Origin: Flavobacteriales bacterium
GTDB lineage: Bacteria > Bacteroidota > Bacteroidia > Flavobacteriales_F > PHOS-HE28
DNA: 59,536 nucleotides
Assembly: GCA_039933875.1 (NCBI GenBank)
Contig: JBDTNF010000211.1
Location: 1-59,536, forward strand
Direction of reading: 5' to 3'
In this document: positions 35,064 through 44,800 of the stretch, piece by piece
Layout: every line of letters starts with the position of its first letter
Numbering within the stretch: the first letter of the stretch is position 1
Translations under genes and position numbers: made by a program
Notes under the pieces: generated by a model
What the model saw: only the letters and a program-made list of their open reading frames with translations
Told to the model about the DNA's origin: nothing
Databases searched by the model: none

Positions 35064-36541
35064 CCGGCCACGCTCTCTCGTCCAAGCGTCGGCCGTTCAA
35101 GCCTCCACGCGACCCCGACAAATACCAACAGCCCGGCGGCACGTACCGCATAGCTCAGGACCCCGCTGACCGGTAGTTGCTCAATGCCCCACCAGAGGAA
35201 CACAGCCCCGGCCATGTAGAGTAGCAGGCGCGAGACATTGTAGGGCACCGGGTAGTGCTTCTGTCCCCACACGTAACTGATCACCGCCATGCTCGCATAG
35301 CAGATGAAGGTGGCCCATGCCGCACCCATGTAACCCATCTTGGGGATCAACAGGAAGAGCAGCGCCAGGGTGATGCCTGCGCCGATGATGCTGATGGTGC
35401 TGCCTGCGCGCGTGCGGTCGGTGAGCTTGTACCACACGCTCTGGTTGTAGTAGATGCCGAGGAAGACGTTCGCGAGCATAAGGATGGGTACGACGCGCAA
35501 TCCTTCCCAATACGCGGGGTTGGGGATGAACCACTTGAACACATCGAGGAAGAGCATCACGCAGAGGAAAGCGCTCATGCACACCGCGACGAACAGGTTC
35601 ATGATGTGCGCGAACGTGGTTGTGCTGTTCTTCTCCTTCGCATGGCTGAAGAAGAACGGCTCGGCACCCATGCGGAAGGCCTGGATGAAGAGCGTGATGA
35701 GGATCGCAAGCTTGTAGCACGCGCCGTAGATGCCGATCTGCGCATCGGCGGTATCGATTGGCAGCAAGTACTTGAGCACGGTGCGATCGGCGGTCTCGTT
35801 CACCATGCCGGCGAGACCCGCGATAGCGAGTGGTGCGGCGAACACCAGCATCGGCTTCCATAGTGCGCGATCGAACTGTGCGAGGCGTGGCCACTGCGGA
35901 ACAAGCAACAGGAACTTCACCGCGCTGGCGATAACGCCGATGAGAAAAACGTAGCCCACACCGAACGCGGGATCATACACTGCATCGATGAGCGCATTGT
36001 GTTCACCAGCCTTCACCTTGGACATCGCATAAGCGAAGTAGAAAAGACTCAGCACAACTGTGACGCCAATGCTTGACACGTTCGCCACCACAAAGCGCCA
36101 CGGACGGCCCTCGTTGCGCAACCGCGCCATGGGCAAGGCGGTCATGGCGTCGAGGCCGAGGGAAACGACGAGCATCAGCACCAGCGTGCCCTGTTCCGGA
36201 TAGCGGATACCGCTTGCGATGGCATCGGAGAAGAACGTGCACACCAGCGTGAAGAGGATCGAGAGTCCGGCCACGCTGAAGAACGCTGTGCCGTAGGCGC
36301 GCTTGGGATCAAGCTCGTTGCGGTGCGCGAAACGGAAGAAGGTGGTCTCCATTCCGAAGGTGAGCACCACGGTGATAAAAGCCGCCCATGCATACAGCGA
36401 CGTGATGATGCCGAACTGATCCGGCGGGAACACACCCTTGCTTGTATAGAGCGGCGTTAGCAGGAAGTTGAGGAAGCGCGCAACGATGCTACTCAGCCCA
36501 TAGATGGCTGTTTGACCGGCGAGGTTGCGGAGGGCACTCAC
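35060..36541 (-). CDS. MOP-superfamily oligosaccharide flippase (Wzx-like)
   Basis: LAGQTAIYGLSS, TFGMET.FFRF, GIYGACYKL, QAFR..AEPFFF; many TM helices. Confidence 0.9.
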   Translation of the reverse strand: MSALRNLAGQTAIYGLSSIVARFLNFLLTPLYTSKGVFPPDQFGIITSLYAWAAFITVVLTFGMETTFFRFAHRNELDPKRAYGTAFFSVAGLSILFTLVCTFFSDAIASGIRYPEQGTLVLMLVVSLGLDAMTALPMARLRNEGRPWRFVVANVSSIGVTVVLSLFYFAYAMSKVKAGEHNALIDAVYDPAFGVGYVFLIGVIASAVKFLLLVPQWPRLAQFDRALWKPMLVFAAPLAIAGLAGMVNETADRTVLKYLLPIDTADAQIGIYGACYKLAILITLFIQAFRMGAEPFFFSHAKEKNSTTTFAHIMNLFVAVCMSAFLCVMLFLDVFKWFIPNPAYWEGLRVVPILMLANVFLGIYYNQSVWYKLTDRTRAGSTISIIGAGITLALLFLLIPKMGYMGAAWATFICYASMAVISYVWGQKHYPVPYNVSRLLLYMAGAVFLWWGIEQLPVSGVLSYAVRAAGLLVFVGVAWRLERPTLGRESVAG

Positions 36542-37122
36542 TTGGGTTGGTTAGGAAGCAAATGCGCCTCTTTGGCTGGTATCTGGTAAGTATGCACATT
36601 CTGGGGGCCACGTCTGACGAAGCGAGAAACACGACTTAATCCTTGGAAGTCCTCATACATCAACGCCTGAAGCTCTTTCCGCAATTCGCGGAACCGCTTA
36701 TGGTGCAATATGCCGAGGCGTTGGAGTTCATCGTCATAGTTGCCGTTCTCGTCAATCTGATGCTGGATGTTGATGACAATGAAGGCGTTGATGTCAGATA
36801 GTTTGTTACTCACCGCATCGCTAATCCAAAATGACTTTCCCAAAGCTGCGCTCAACGAAATGATGAAATTCTGGAAGTGTTCCTGTCCAAAAGCACAGAC
36901 ATAGGGACACATACTCGCGTCCTCTTCGAAAACAATAAAGCCCTTTAAGTCTTGGAGGATGCCCTCGACCGTGCCGTAGGCATCAAGTCGTTTATCCAGG
37001 AGTTTGGCGAAGTACTGATTCTTGTAGTTCTCCCTGGTGACCCGCCAAGTCATGAACGCTGTGAGCGAAGCAGCAAGGACGGAACTTGTGAGGACGAGGC
37101 TAATAACTGCCGTTGGTTCCAT
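36538..37122 (-). CDS. Orphan protein: N-terminal TM helix plus helical domain; lower GC than neighbours
   Basis: 194-aa ORF with AT-rich codons; TM, then KLLDKRLDAY; stop overlaps the flippase start. Confidence 0.65.
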   Translation of the reverse strand: MEPTAVISLVLTSSVLAASLTAFMTWRVTRENYKNQYFAKLLDKRLDAYGTVEGILQDLKGFIVFEEDASMCPYVCAFGQEHFQNFIISLSAALGKSFWISDAVSNKLSDINAFIVINIQHQIDENGNYDDELQRLGILHHKRFRELRKELQALMYEDFQGLSRVSRFVRRGPQNVHTYQIPAKEAHLLPNQPK

Positions 37123-37143
37123 CTTCTTACGTCACTACGCTGC

Positions 37144-37932
37144 CTACGCTCCAGTAAAGCTCGCCGCCCGCTTTTCCATGAAGGCGCTGGTGCCCTCCTT
37201 GAAGTCCGCCGTACCGAAGCACTTGCCGAACTCCTCGATCTCGCGTTGCATGCCATCGGCGCCGGGTTCGTAACCGGCGTTCACGGCGCGTATGGCGGCG
37301 GCGAGGGCGGTAGGGCTGTTGCGTGCGATCTTGCTCGCGAGTTCAAGGCAGGTGGAGAGCAGCTGGTCCGGCGGTACGACGTGGTTCACCAGCCCCCACC
37401 GCAAGGCTTCATCCGCAGGATCGAAGCCCACATTGCCCATCATGATCATTTCCAGCGCCTTGCCCTTGCCGACCAGTCGCGCGAGTCGTTGCGTGCCGCC
37501 GTAGCCCGGGATCACCCCGAGTGAGACTTCCGGCAAGCCAAGTTTGGCGGTGGTGCTCGCCACGCGGAAGTGACAGGCCATGGCCAATTCCAATCCACCA
37601 CCAAGTGCGAATCCGTTCACTGCGGCGATCACGGGCTTGTTCATGCGCTCCACATGATCGAAGAGCTTGCGCTGGCCATCCGCGCTCAACGCCCTGCCCT
37701 CTTCCACCGAGAAATGCGCGAACTCCTTGATGTCGGCCCCTGCGACGAACGCTTTCGTTCCGCTTCCGGTGATGATGAGCACGCGAACGCTCTTGTCCGC
37801 GTCCGCCTCGCTCAGCGCGCGATCAAGCTCGTCGATCGTTTCGCGGTTCAGCGCATTGAGCTTGTCAGGGCGGTTGATGGTGATCGTGCGAACGCCGGAG
37901 GCGTCTTCGATGAGGAGGTTGGTATAGCTCAT
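37144..37932 (-). CDS. Enoyl-CoA hydratase/isomerase
   Basis: NRPDKLNAL, AFVAGADI, NGFALGGGLELAMAC, PEV.LG.IPGYGGTQRL. Confidence 0.95.
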   Translation of the reverse strand: MSYTNLLIEDASGVRTITINRPDKLNALNRETIDELDRALSEADADKSVRVLIITGSGTKAFVAGADIKEFAHFSVEEGRALSADGQRKLFDHVERMNKPVIAAVNGFALGGGLELAMACHFRVASTTAKLGLPEVSLGVIPGYGGTQRLARLVGKGKALEMIMMGNVGFDPADEALRWGLVNHVVPPDQLLSTCLELASKIARNSPTALAAAIRAVNAGYEPGADGMQREIEEFGKCFGTADFKEGTSAFMEKRAASFTGA

Positions 37933-37977
37933 GACGCGTGCTTAAGGAGGACCGGTGCGAGCCCGGGCGACGTCCGG

Positions 37978-37985
37978 CAAATGTA
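37978..37985 (-). promoter_or_regulatory. Bacteroidota -7 element (TACATTTG)
   Basis: Exact consensus 46 nt upstream of the enoyl-CoA hydratase ATG. Confidence 0.6.
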
Positions 37986-37989
37986 TCCG

Positions 37990-40900
37990 CTAGCCTGCCA
38001 GCGGTAGCGAAACGAAGAACGTGGTGCCCTCACCGCTTCGTGTGGTGAACCACACCCGGCCACCGGCGCTCTCGACGATGCGTTGTACCATGGCGAGGCC
38101 AAGGCCCATGCCGCTGCTCTTCGTGGTGAAGTTGGGTTGGAAGATGCGCTCGAGATCCGCTTCGGCGATGCCTGTTCCATTGTCCCGCACTTCGGCGATC
38201 GCGTTGGTCCCTTCGCTGCGGAGCAGGATGTCGATCCGTCCGTGCTGTTGGTCCGGTATGGATTGGAGTGCGTTCTTCAGGAGGTTGTTGAAGACCCTCA
38301 ACAACTGTTCACGATCGGCGACAACGTTGAGCGGTCCGGAAGGGCTCGTGACCGAAACGTTGGTGCCCGGTGTGCTGTGGAAGACCTCCGTCGCGACATG
38401 CGCCAATTCGGCGAGGTCGAGGCGCTCCTCACGCGCCTTGGGCATCTGTGCGAAGTTGCTGAACTCGCCCGCGATCGCGCTGAGCGCGTCGATCTGCTGC
38501 ACCATGCCCTGGCTGAAACGTTCGAGGCGTTCGGCAGCATCGGGCTCATCGGGAGACCAGGTGCGCTGGAAATGTTGGATGCTCAACTTCATCGGCGTGA
38601 GCGGGTTCTTGATCTCGTGAGCCACTTGTCGCGCCATCTCGCGCCATGCGCTCTCGCGTTCGCTGCGCGCGAGCTTTTCCGCGCTATCGCGGAGCTCTTC
38701 CACTTTGCGATTGTACACTTCAACCAACTGGCCCACTTCATCATCACCCTGGTAGCGGATGGGTTCGTTGGCGCCCTGCAGCCCCACACGAGAGAGCGCA
38801 TTCTTCAACAGGTCCAAGGGTCGTGTGGTCCAGTTGCTGATGAACACCGCCACCAGCACGCTGAGCGCGAAGAGCAGCACGAACAGATTGACCACCGCCA
38901 CCAACACCCCTGATCGACCTTCCTCCTGTTGCGCTTGATCGGCGAAGCTGGGCAGCGCGATAAAGGCGAGCACCGTGCCCTTGCGGTCGGTGAGCGGGAG
39001 GTAGGCTGTACGATAGGGTGCGGTACCGATGGACCCTTCGAGCAGGGCCGAACTCATCCCGCTCAGTGCAAGACGTTCGTAGGCGACGGGATCCATCCAG
39101 CGCCCCAACAGCCCGGCGGAAAAGATCTGCGGACGCGATGTGGCGAGCATACGACCATCGACGGCATAGACGGTGATGTCCGTGAAGAACACGTTGCTCA
39201 ACTGCCCGAGCAGGTGTTCGAGGTAGGCCACGTGCCCGCTGTTGAGAACGGGTTCACCCGAAAGGCGGCGTTGTAGCTCCTGGTGAACGAAGCGCGCTTT
39301 CTCGGAGATCGTCTCGTTGGAGCGTTGCGTGTATTGCTGGGAAAGCAACCGCTCGGTGCCGAAGCCGAAGAAGAGCAATCCTGTGACGGCGAAGAGCACC
39401 AATGCGATGCGCACCTTGGCCCCGAGGCTGAGCGACGGGATGCCCCGTGCCTTCCAGATCGCGCGCGAAGCGAAGACGATCGTGGCAAGGACGCTGAACA
39501 ACGCGAAGAGATAGCTGAACGTGGTCGCCTTGTCCAGCAGCCCGGGATCGCGCAGGCCGAGTACCAGCAACGTACCGTCGCGATCACCGCGGGCGAGCCA
39601 TTCATAGCCATCAGCCTTGTACCAGGCGGTGCCGTCGCTGTCGAGCGGACGTGTCCAGTGTTGCGGTTGTGCCGGACCTTTTGAACGCTCCATCAATACG
39701 CCGTGTTGATAGCGCGCCTGCGCGTAACGATCCGCGCGATGATCCACGGGGTCGCCACCAGCGAGCAACAGTTCCGGGAACCCCAGGCTTTGTGAAAGGG
39801 ACCGCGGCTGAAGCTCCACGATGAGCTGACCGGGCGGAAGGCTGTCCACAGGCATCACGGCCACGCGCGCATGATAGAAGGAACCTTCGCCGGGCCGTTC
39901 TTCGATGAAGAGGTCGGGCATATCCGCCACCGCGAGGGGATCGGAGAATCCAGCGAGCGTATCGTTCAGGCTGCGCGGCGGATCCGGATCATTGGCGCAG
40001 CGCAGCACACCCTGGGGGCCGAAGGCGTAAAGCCGAACGTCGTAACGCTCCCAATAGCCGCTGAAGTAGGGTAGACGCACCCGTTCTTCAAGCAGTCCGG
40101 GATCGCAGGGCGCCGGGCCGACGAGCAGGTGGTACACGGCGGTGTCGGCTCGCAGCCCGGGCGCGGTCTCACGGAACAGTTGTTCGAGCACGGGATCCTC
40201 GCGCACCGCCAACCGCTCCGCGAGCACGACACGCTCGCGCTGCTCGCGGTTCCGCATGTATTTGGTGAGCACATGCGTGGAGAGGCCCGCGAGCACACCA
40301 AGGCCCAGCAACAGCCCTGCGAAACCCGAGCGGCCGCGATGAGCCAGAACAAGGAGCGCGATCAACGGCACCGGCCACAGGAACAGCAGGGTGTCGACGA
40401 TACCCAGGATGTGATGGATCACAATGGAGCCAACCAGCGCGAGGGCCCCGGTGACCATTACGGAACGCAGGTTCGCGCCAGCGAGCATCAACCGCATAAG
40501 CGTGTGCGCCAGCACGACCCAAGCGGTGAACAGCAGGGCCACGCTCAACAGCGCGATCAAGCTGAACGCGCTCATTTCCTGCACCCGATAGAGGTCAAGC
40601 TCCACGCTGCTGTCGTTCACCAGACCGATGAAAAGGCGTGTGATCCAGGCGGCGTGGAGCAACACGACGCTCCAGGCGAGCATGTTGCCGGGCCAACGCT
40701 GTCGATCGCTATGAACAGCGTGCAACGCCTGCCTCACGAACAGCCCGCCGAGAAGCAGCAGTACCGCATTGAAGAGCAGGTCACCGAGGGAGGGGAACAA
40801 CAACGACGCCGCATAAACCGCCGGGTCGAACAAGGGCAGCCGGTCGAACGGGGCCAGCGGCCCCCAAGCCAGCGTGGCGGCACGTAACACCAGGAGCCCT

Positions 40901-41622
40901 CCGAGGAAGAGGAATATCCCGCCCCACGCGTTCCGTCGCGCGAGCCCCGCGCACACCGACCACATTGTTGCGATCAAGAACGCCGTTGCCATGATCATCA
41001 GGGCGAACCGCAACCGGATCCAATCGCCCACCTCCATCGCACCATCGCGCCAGCTGAGCCGGAACATCACCTGGCCTTGCGCGTCGCGCACCACCGGACC
41101 CAGGCCCGCCCCCGATTCGGCCCGCAGGCCTTTTGACGCCTTCATGGATGGGTGGAAGCCGCGTTCGAGGTAATGGTTCTCGATCGGTGGTGCCAGCCAT
41201 ACGGGGCTCACCGCGTGCATCTCCAGATCGCCTGAGCGGCTCACCGCGTGTAGACTAACGGCTTCTCCGTTCATCAAATGAGCGGCGGTATAGCCGTGTA
41301 GCTCACCTATATCCCAGAGCACTTCACCCGACCAGCAGATCAGGCTGTCGCCCTGGAGCCCGATGAAGGTGATGCCTTTATGCTTGTCCCCAGGAGAGGT
41401 CCATCGCGAATTAGCCCTCATCCACGCACCACCACCCAACTTGGAGAGCGAAAGAAGTTGCTCCTTACACATTGCCTGAAGGTGCTGTGCGTGAGCATCC
41501 ACCGCGCGCTCCATGCGGCGTGCTTCATCGTCCAGACGCTCATCCCCATCCGGCTCATGCACCAGGAGCGCGAGCCCTGAGAACAGGAGGCTCAGCAAAA
41601 GGAAAAGGACCGAACGTGGCAT
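37990..41622 (-). CDS. Large multi-TM sensor histidine kinase (NtrY-like, HAMP-HisKA-HATPase)
   Basis: AWREMARQVAHEIKNPLTPM, NLLKNA, DNGTGI, FTTKSSGMGLGL. Start at MPRSVLF. Confidence 0.92.
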   Translation of the reverse strand: MPRSVLFLLLSLLFSGLALLVHEPDGDERLDDEARRMERAVDAHAQHLQAMCKEQLLSLSKLGGGAWMRANSRWTSPGDKHKGITFIGLQGDSLICWSGEVLWDIGELHGYTAAHLMNGEAVSLHAVSRSGDLEMHAVSPVWLAPPIENHYLERGFHPSMKASKGLRAESGAGLGPVVRDAQGQVMFRLSWRDGAMEVGDWIRLRFALMIMATAFLIATMWSVCAGLARRNAWGGIFLFLGGLLVLRAATLAWGPLAPFDRLPLFDPAVYAASLLFPSLGDLLFNAVLLLLGGLFVRQALHAVHSDRQRWPGNMLAWSVVLLHAAWITRLFIGLVNDSSVELDLYRVQEMSAFSLIALLSVALLFTAWVVLAHTLMRLMLAGANLRSVMVTGALALVGSIVIHHILGIVDTLLFLWPVPLIALLVLAHRGRSGFAGLLLGLGVLAGLSTHVLTKYMRNREQRERVVLAERLAVREDPVLEQLFRETAPGLRADTAVYHLLVGPAPCDPGLLEERVRLPYFSGYWERYDVRLYAFGPQGVLRCANDPDPPRSLNDTLAGFSDPLAVADMPDLFIEERPGEGSFYHARVAVMPVDSLPPGQLIVELQPRSLSQSLGFPELLLAGGDPVDHRADRYAQARYQHGVLMERSKGPAQPQHWTRPLDSDGTAWYKADGYEWLARGDRDGTLLVLGLRDPGLLDKATTFSYLFALFSVLATIVFASRAIWKARGIPSLSLGAKVRIALVLFAVTGLLFFGFGTERLLSQQYTQRSNETISEKARFVHQELQRRLSGEPVLNSGHVAYLEHLLGQLSNVFFTDITVYAVDGRMLATSRPQIFSAGLLGRWMDPVAYERLALSGMSSALLEGSIGTAPYRTAYLPLTDRKGTVLAFIALPSFADQAQQEEGRSGVLVAVVNLFVLLFALSVLVAVFISNWTTRPLDLLKNALSRVGLQGANEPIRYQGDDEVGQLVEVYNRKVEELRDSAEKLARSERESAWREMARQVAHEIKNPLTPMKLSIQHFQRTWSPDEPDAAERLERFSQGMVQQIDALSAIAGEFSNFAQMPKAREERLDLAELAHVATEVFHSTPGTNVSVTSPSGPLNVVADREQLLRVFNNLLKNALQSIPDQQHGRIDILLRSEGTNAIAEVRDNGTGIAEADLERIFQPNFTTKSSGMGLGLAMVQRIVESAGGRVWFTTRSGEGTTFFVSLPLAG

Positions 41623-41885
41623 AAGCGCGCGGAAGGACAAGGTCCGCGCCAAAGTACGGGATGCCCCTTGGGCACCAGTTGGTTCGCGTTGGCCGACCTG
41701 ACGCAGGCTGGTCATAAGGACGAGCCAGAAAAAGCAGGAGGCGCATTACCGCTACACCGGGTGTCTTCTAGGAACCGAACGCCTCTTCGACCAATCTGTG
41801 AGAAACGTCGACGGAAAGAACTCCGAGGGCTCTATTCACGTACACCGGTCCCGACCCGATGCTGGGTGCCTAAATGTTGATAAGG

Positions 41886-44800
41886 ATGAACAAGGCGCTA
41901 CTCTTCGCTTTTGTCGCGTTCGTTTCCGGTCCACTTCTGGGGCAGACCGGGACCGAATTCTGGATGGCCCCCCCGGACATAACCTACTACCACAATACCC
42001 CGGGGGATGAGCCGATCTACATCAACGTGACCACGGGGGGCACTGCTGCGACCGTCACGATCTCGCAGCCAGCCAACGCGGCGTTCAATGGAGGCGCCCC
42101 GATCGTTCTGAACGTAGCGGCCAACGCTGCGGTCCGATACAACCTCACCTCGTTGAAGGCCCAATTGGAAACGCGTCCGACCAACAGCGTGTGCAATACG
42201 GGGCTTCGGATCCAATCGACGGCGAACATCACTTGCTACTACGAACCTAGCAACACGAACAACCCGGATATCATGGCCTTGAAGGGGCAGAACGGGTTAG
42301 GCACCGAGTTCTATATCCCACTGCACAAGCACACTCCGTTCTACAACAACAACTTCTCCCCGAACAACGCCGATCTGGCGTTCGCCTCGTTCGACATCGT
42401 CGCCACCCAGAACAATACAACGGTGATGATCTATTCGCCGGTGGCCGTTGATGGCCACGCGGCGCTTACACCTTTCACGGTCATCCTGAACCAGGGCCAG
42501 ACCTATTCCTGCGCGAACACCAATCCGGCAACACATACCGACCCACTGACCCACCCATCAGGTGCGGTCGTGCTTTCGGATAAGCCGGTGGCCGTTTCGA
42601 TAAAGGATGATTCCAATCACAATCCTTCAGGTGGCTGTTATGATCTGATGCTCGACCAGATCGTGCCTGTCAACGTTCTCGGCACCGAGTACGTGGCAGT
42701 GAAAGGCGCCTTGAACCCCACAGGAGATGAGTCCCTCTTCGTGATGGCGGTGCAGAACAATACACAAGTGTACATCGATGGCAATCCGACACCGGTAGCC
42801 ACGCTCTTCGCCGGTCAGTACTACAGGCATGACATGGATTACTTGAGTGGTGCAGCGAACAACTCGACGCTGGTCACCGGCTCCAAGCCATTGTATGCCA
42901 TACACGTTACCGGCTTTGGTTGCGAACAAGGGATGGCTATCCTCCCGCCCCTCAATTGTGCGGGCAGCACCCAACTAAGTTTCACACGATCGACCAGTGA
43001 AGCGTTCTATCTGAACCTTCTGGTCCGGAACGGATCACAGAACAATTTCGTGGTCAGCCCGGGAACAGCGACGATCCCGGGCTCTGCCTTTCAAGCCGTT
43101 CCTGGAACTGGTGGGGTGTGGATGGCCGCACAGATCCAGTACAACGCAACGCAAGTGCCGGTGAACCAGGCGTTCATCGTAAGCAATACATCGGATGTAT
43201 TCTCGCTGGCGATCATCAACGGGGGAGCAACATCGGGTTGCCGCTATGGCTTCTTCTCGGAGTTCGCAGGACAGATCAATGTGACGGCGGGTTCGGACCA
43301 AACGCGCTGTGCGGGCGACAACGTGACACTTACTGGAACTGTTTCCGGGGGGAGCACAACAGGGATCTGGACCACTTCCGGAAGCGGAACCTTCACACCG
43401 AGCGCGACCTCCCTCACAGCGACCTACCAACCCAGCATCGGCGATCTCGCGATCGGGAATGTGACCCTGACCCTGACCTCGACGGGGCCATGCACGCCCG
43501 CCAATGATGCGATGGTGGTCACCTTCAGCCCGAAACCGATCCCGAACGCCGGACCTGACCAGAGCGTGTGCCGCAACAACCCGGTGGTGCAATTGGCCGG
43601 TAGCATGCTCAATGCCGTTGGCGGCGTTTGGACCGGCGGAGCCGGCGCTTTCCTTCCCGGCAACAGCAACCTCAACGCGACCTACACACCGACGGCAGCC
43701 GACTTGGCCGCTGGCCAGGTGTGGATCAAGCTGGCCTCCACCGGCAATGGCGTGTGCGCCGCGGTTGTGGACAGCATGCTCGTGACCTTCACCCTTGCGC
43801 CGACCGTGAATGCTGGACCCGCCCAAACGCGTTGCGCGAACAACGCCGTGGCGCAATTGAACGGCTCGTTCACCGTGGCCACGGGAGCGGTTTGGAGCGG
43901 TGGCGCCGGATCCTTCGATCCGAGCACGACGAATACCAGTGCGCAATACACGCCCACCGCAGCGGAGATCGCCAGCGGCTCGGTGACCTTGACGTTGACC
44001 ACTATGGGCAATGGCAATTGCAATGCGGTCAGCAGCCAGGTCGTCATCACATACACAGCGGCGCCGGTGGTGAACGCTGGAGCCGCCGTTTCGCTCTGCG
44101 CGAACAATGCACAAGTGAGTTTGAGCGGATCGGTTACTGGCGCGACCGGCGGAGTTTGGAGCGGCGGTGCCGGCTCCTATTCGCCGAACAACACCGCGCT
44201 CAACGCGACCTATACACCTACGGCTGCGGAGATCGCCGCAGGGACGCTGACGCTGACCCTGAGCAGCACGGGCAACGGCAACTGCCTGCCTGTCACCAGT
44301 AACAAGGTGATCGGCTTCACGCCAGCACCCACGGTGAATGCTGGCCCGAACGGAACGGTGTGCGCGAACAACGCGAACATCACCTTGGCCGGTTCTTTCA
44401 CGCTCGCTACGGGCGCGGTTTGGAGCGGCGGCACGGGATCGTACAACCCGAACAACGCGACGATGACCGCAGTGTATACGCCGAGCGCGGCAGAACGGAC
44501 TGCGGGCACGGTGACACTGACGCTCACCACGGTGGGTAACAGCAACTGCAACGCGGTCAGCTCGAACGTGACCTACACGATCACGCCTGCGCCGACAGCC
44601 AACGCCGGAGTGGACCAAACGCTTTGCGCGAATAACGCAGTTGCAATATTGAACGGATCGTTCACGGTAGCTACCGGTGGCATCTGGAGCGGTGGCGCGG
44701 GATCATTCAGCCCCAGCACCACGAACATGGGTGCTCAATACACACCGACGCCGGGTGAGATCTCCAGCGGGTCAGTGGCACTGACGTTGACCACTGCCGC

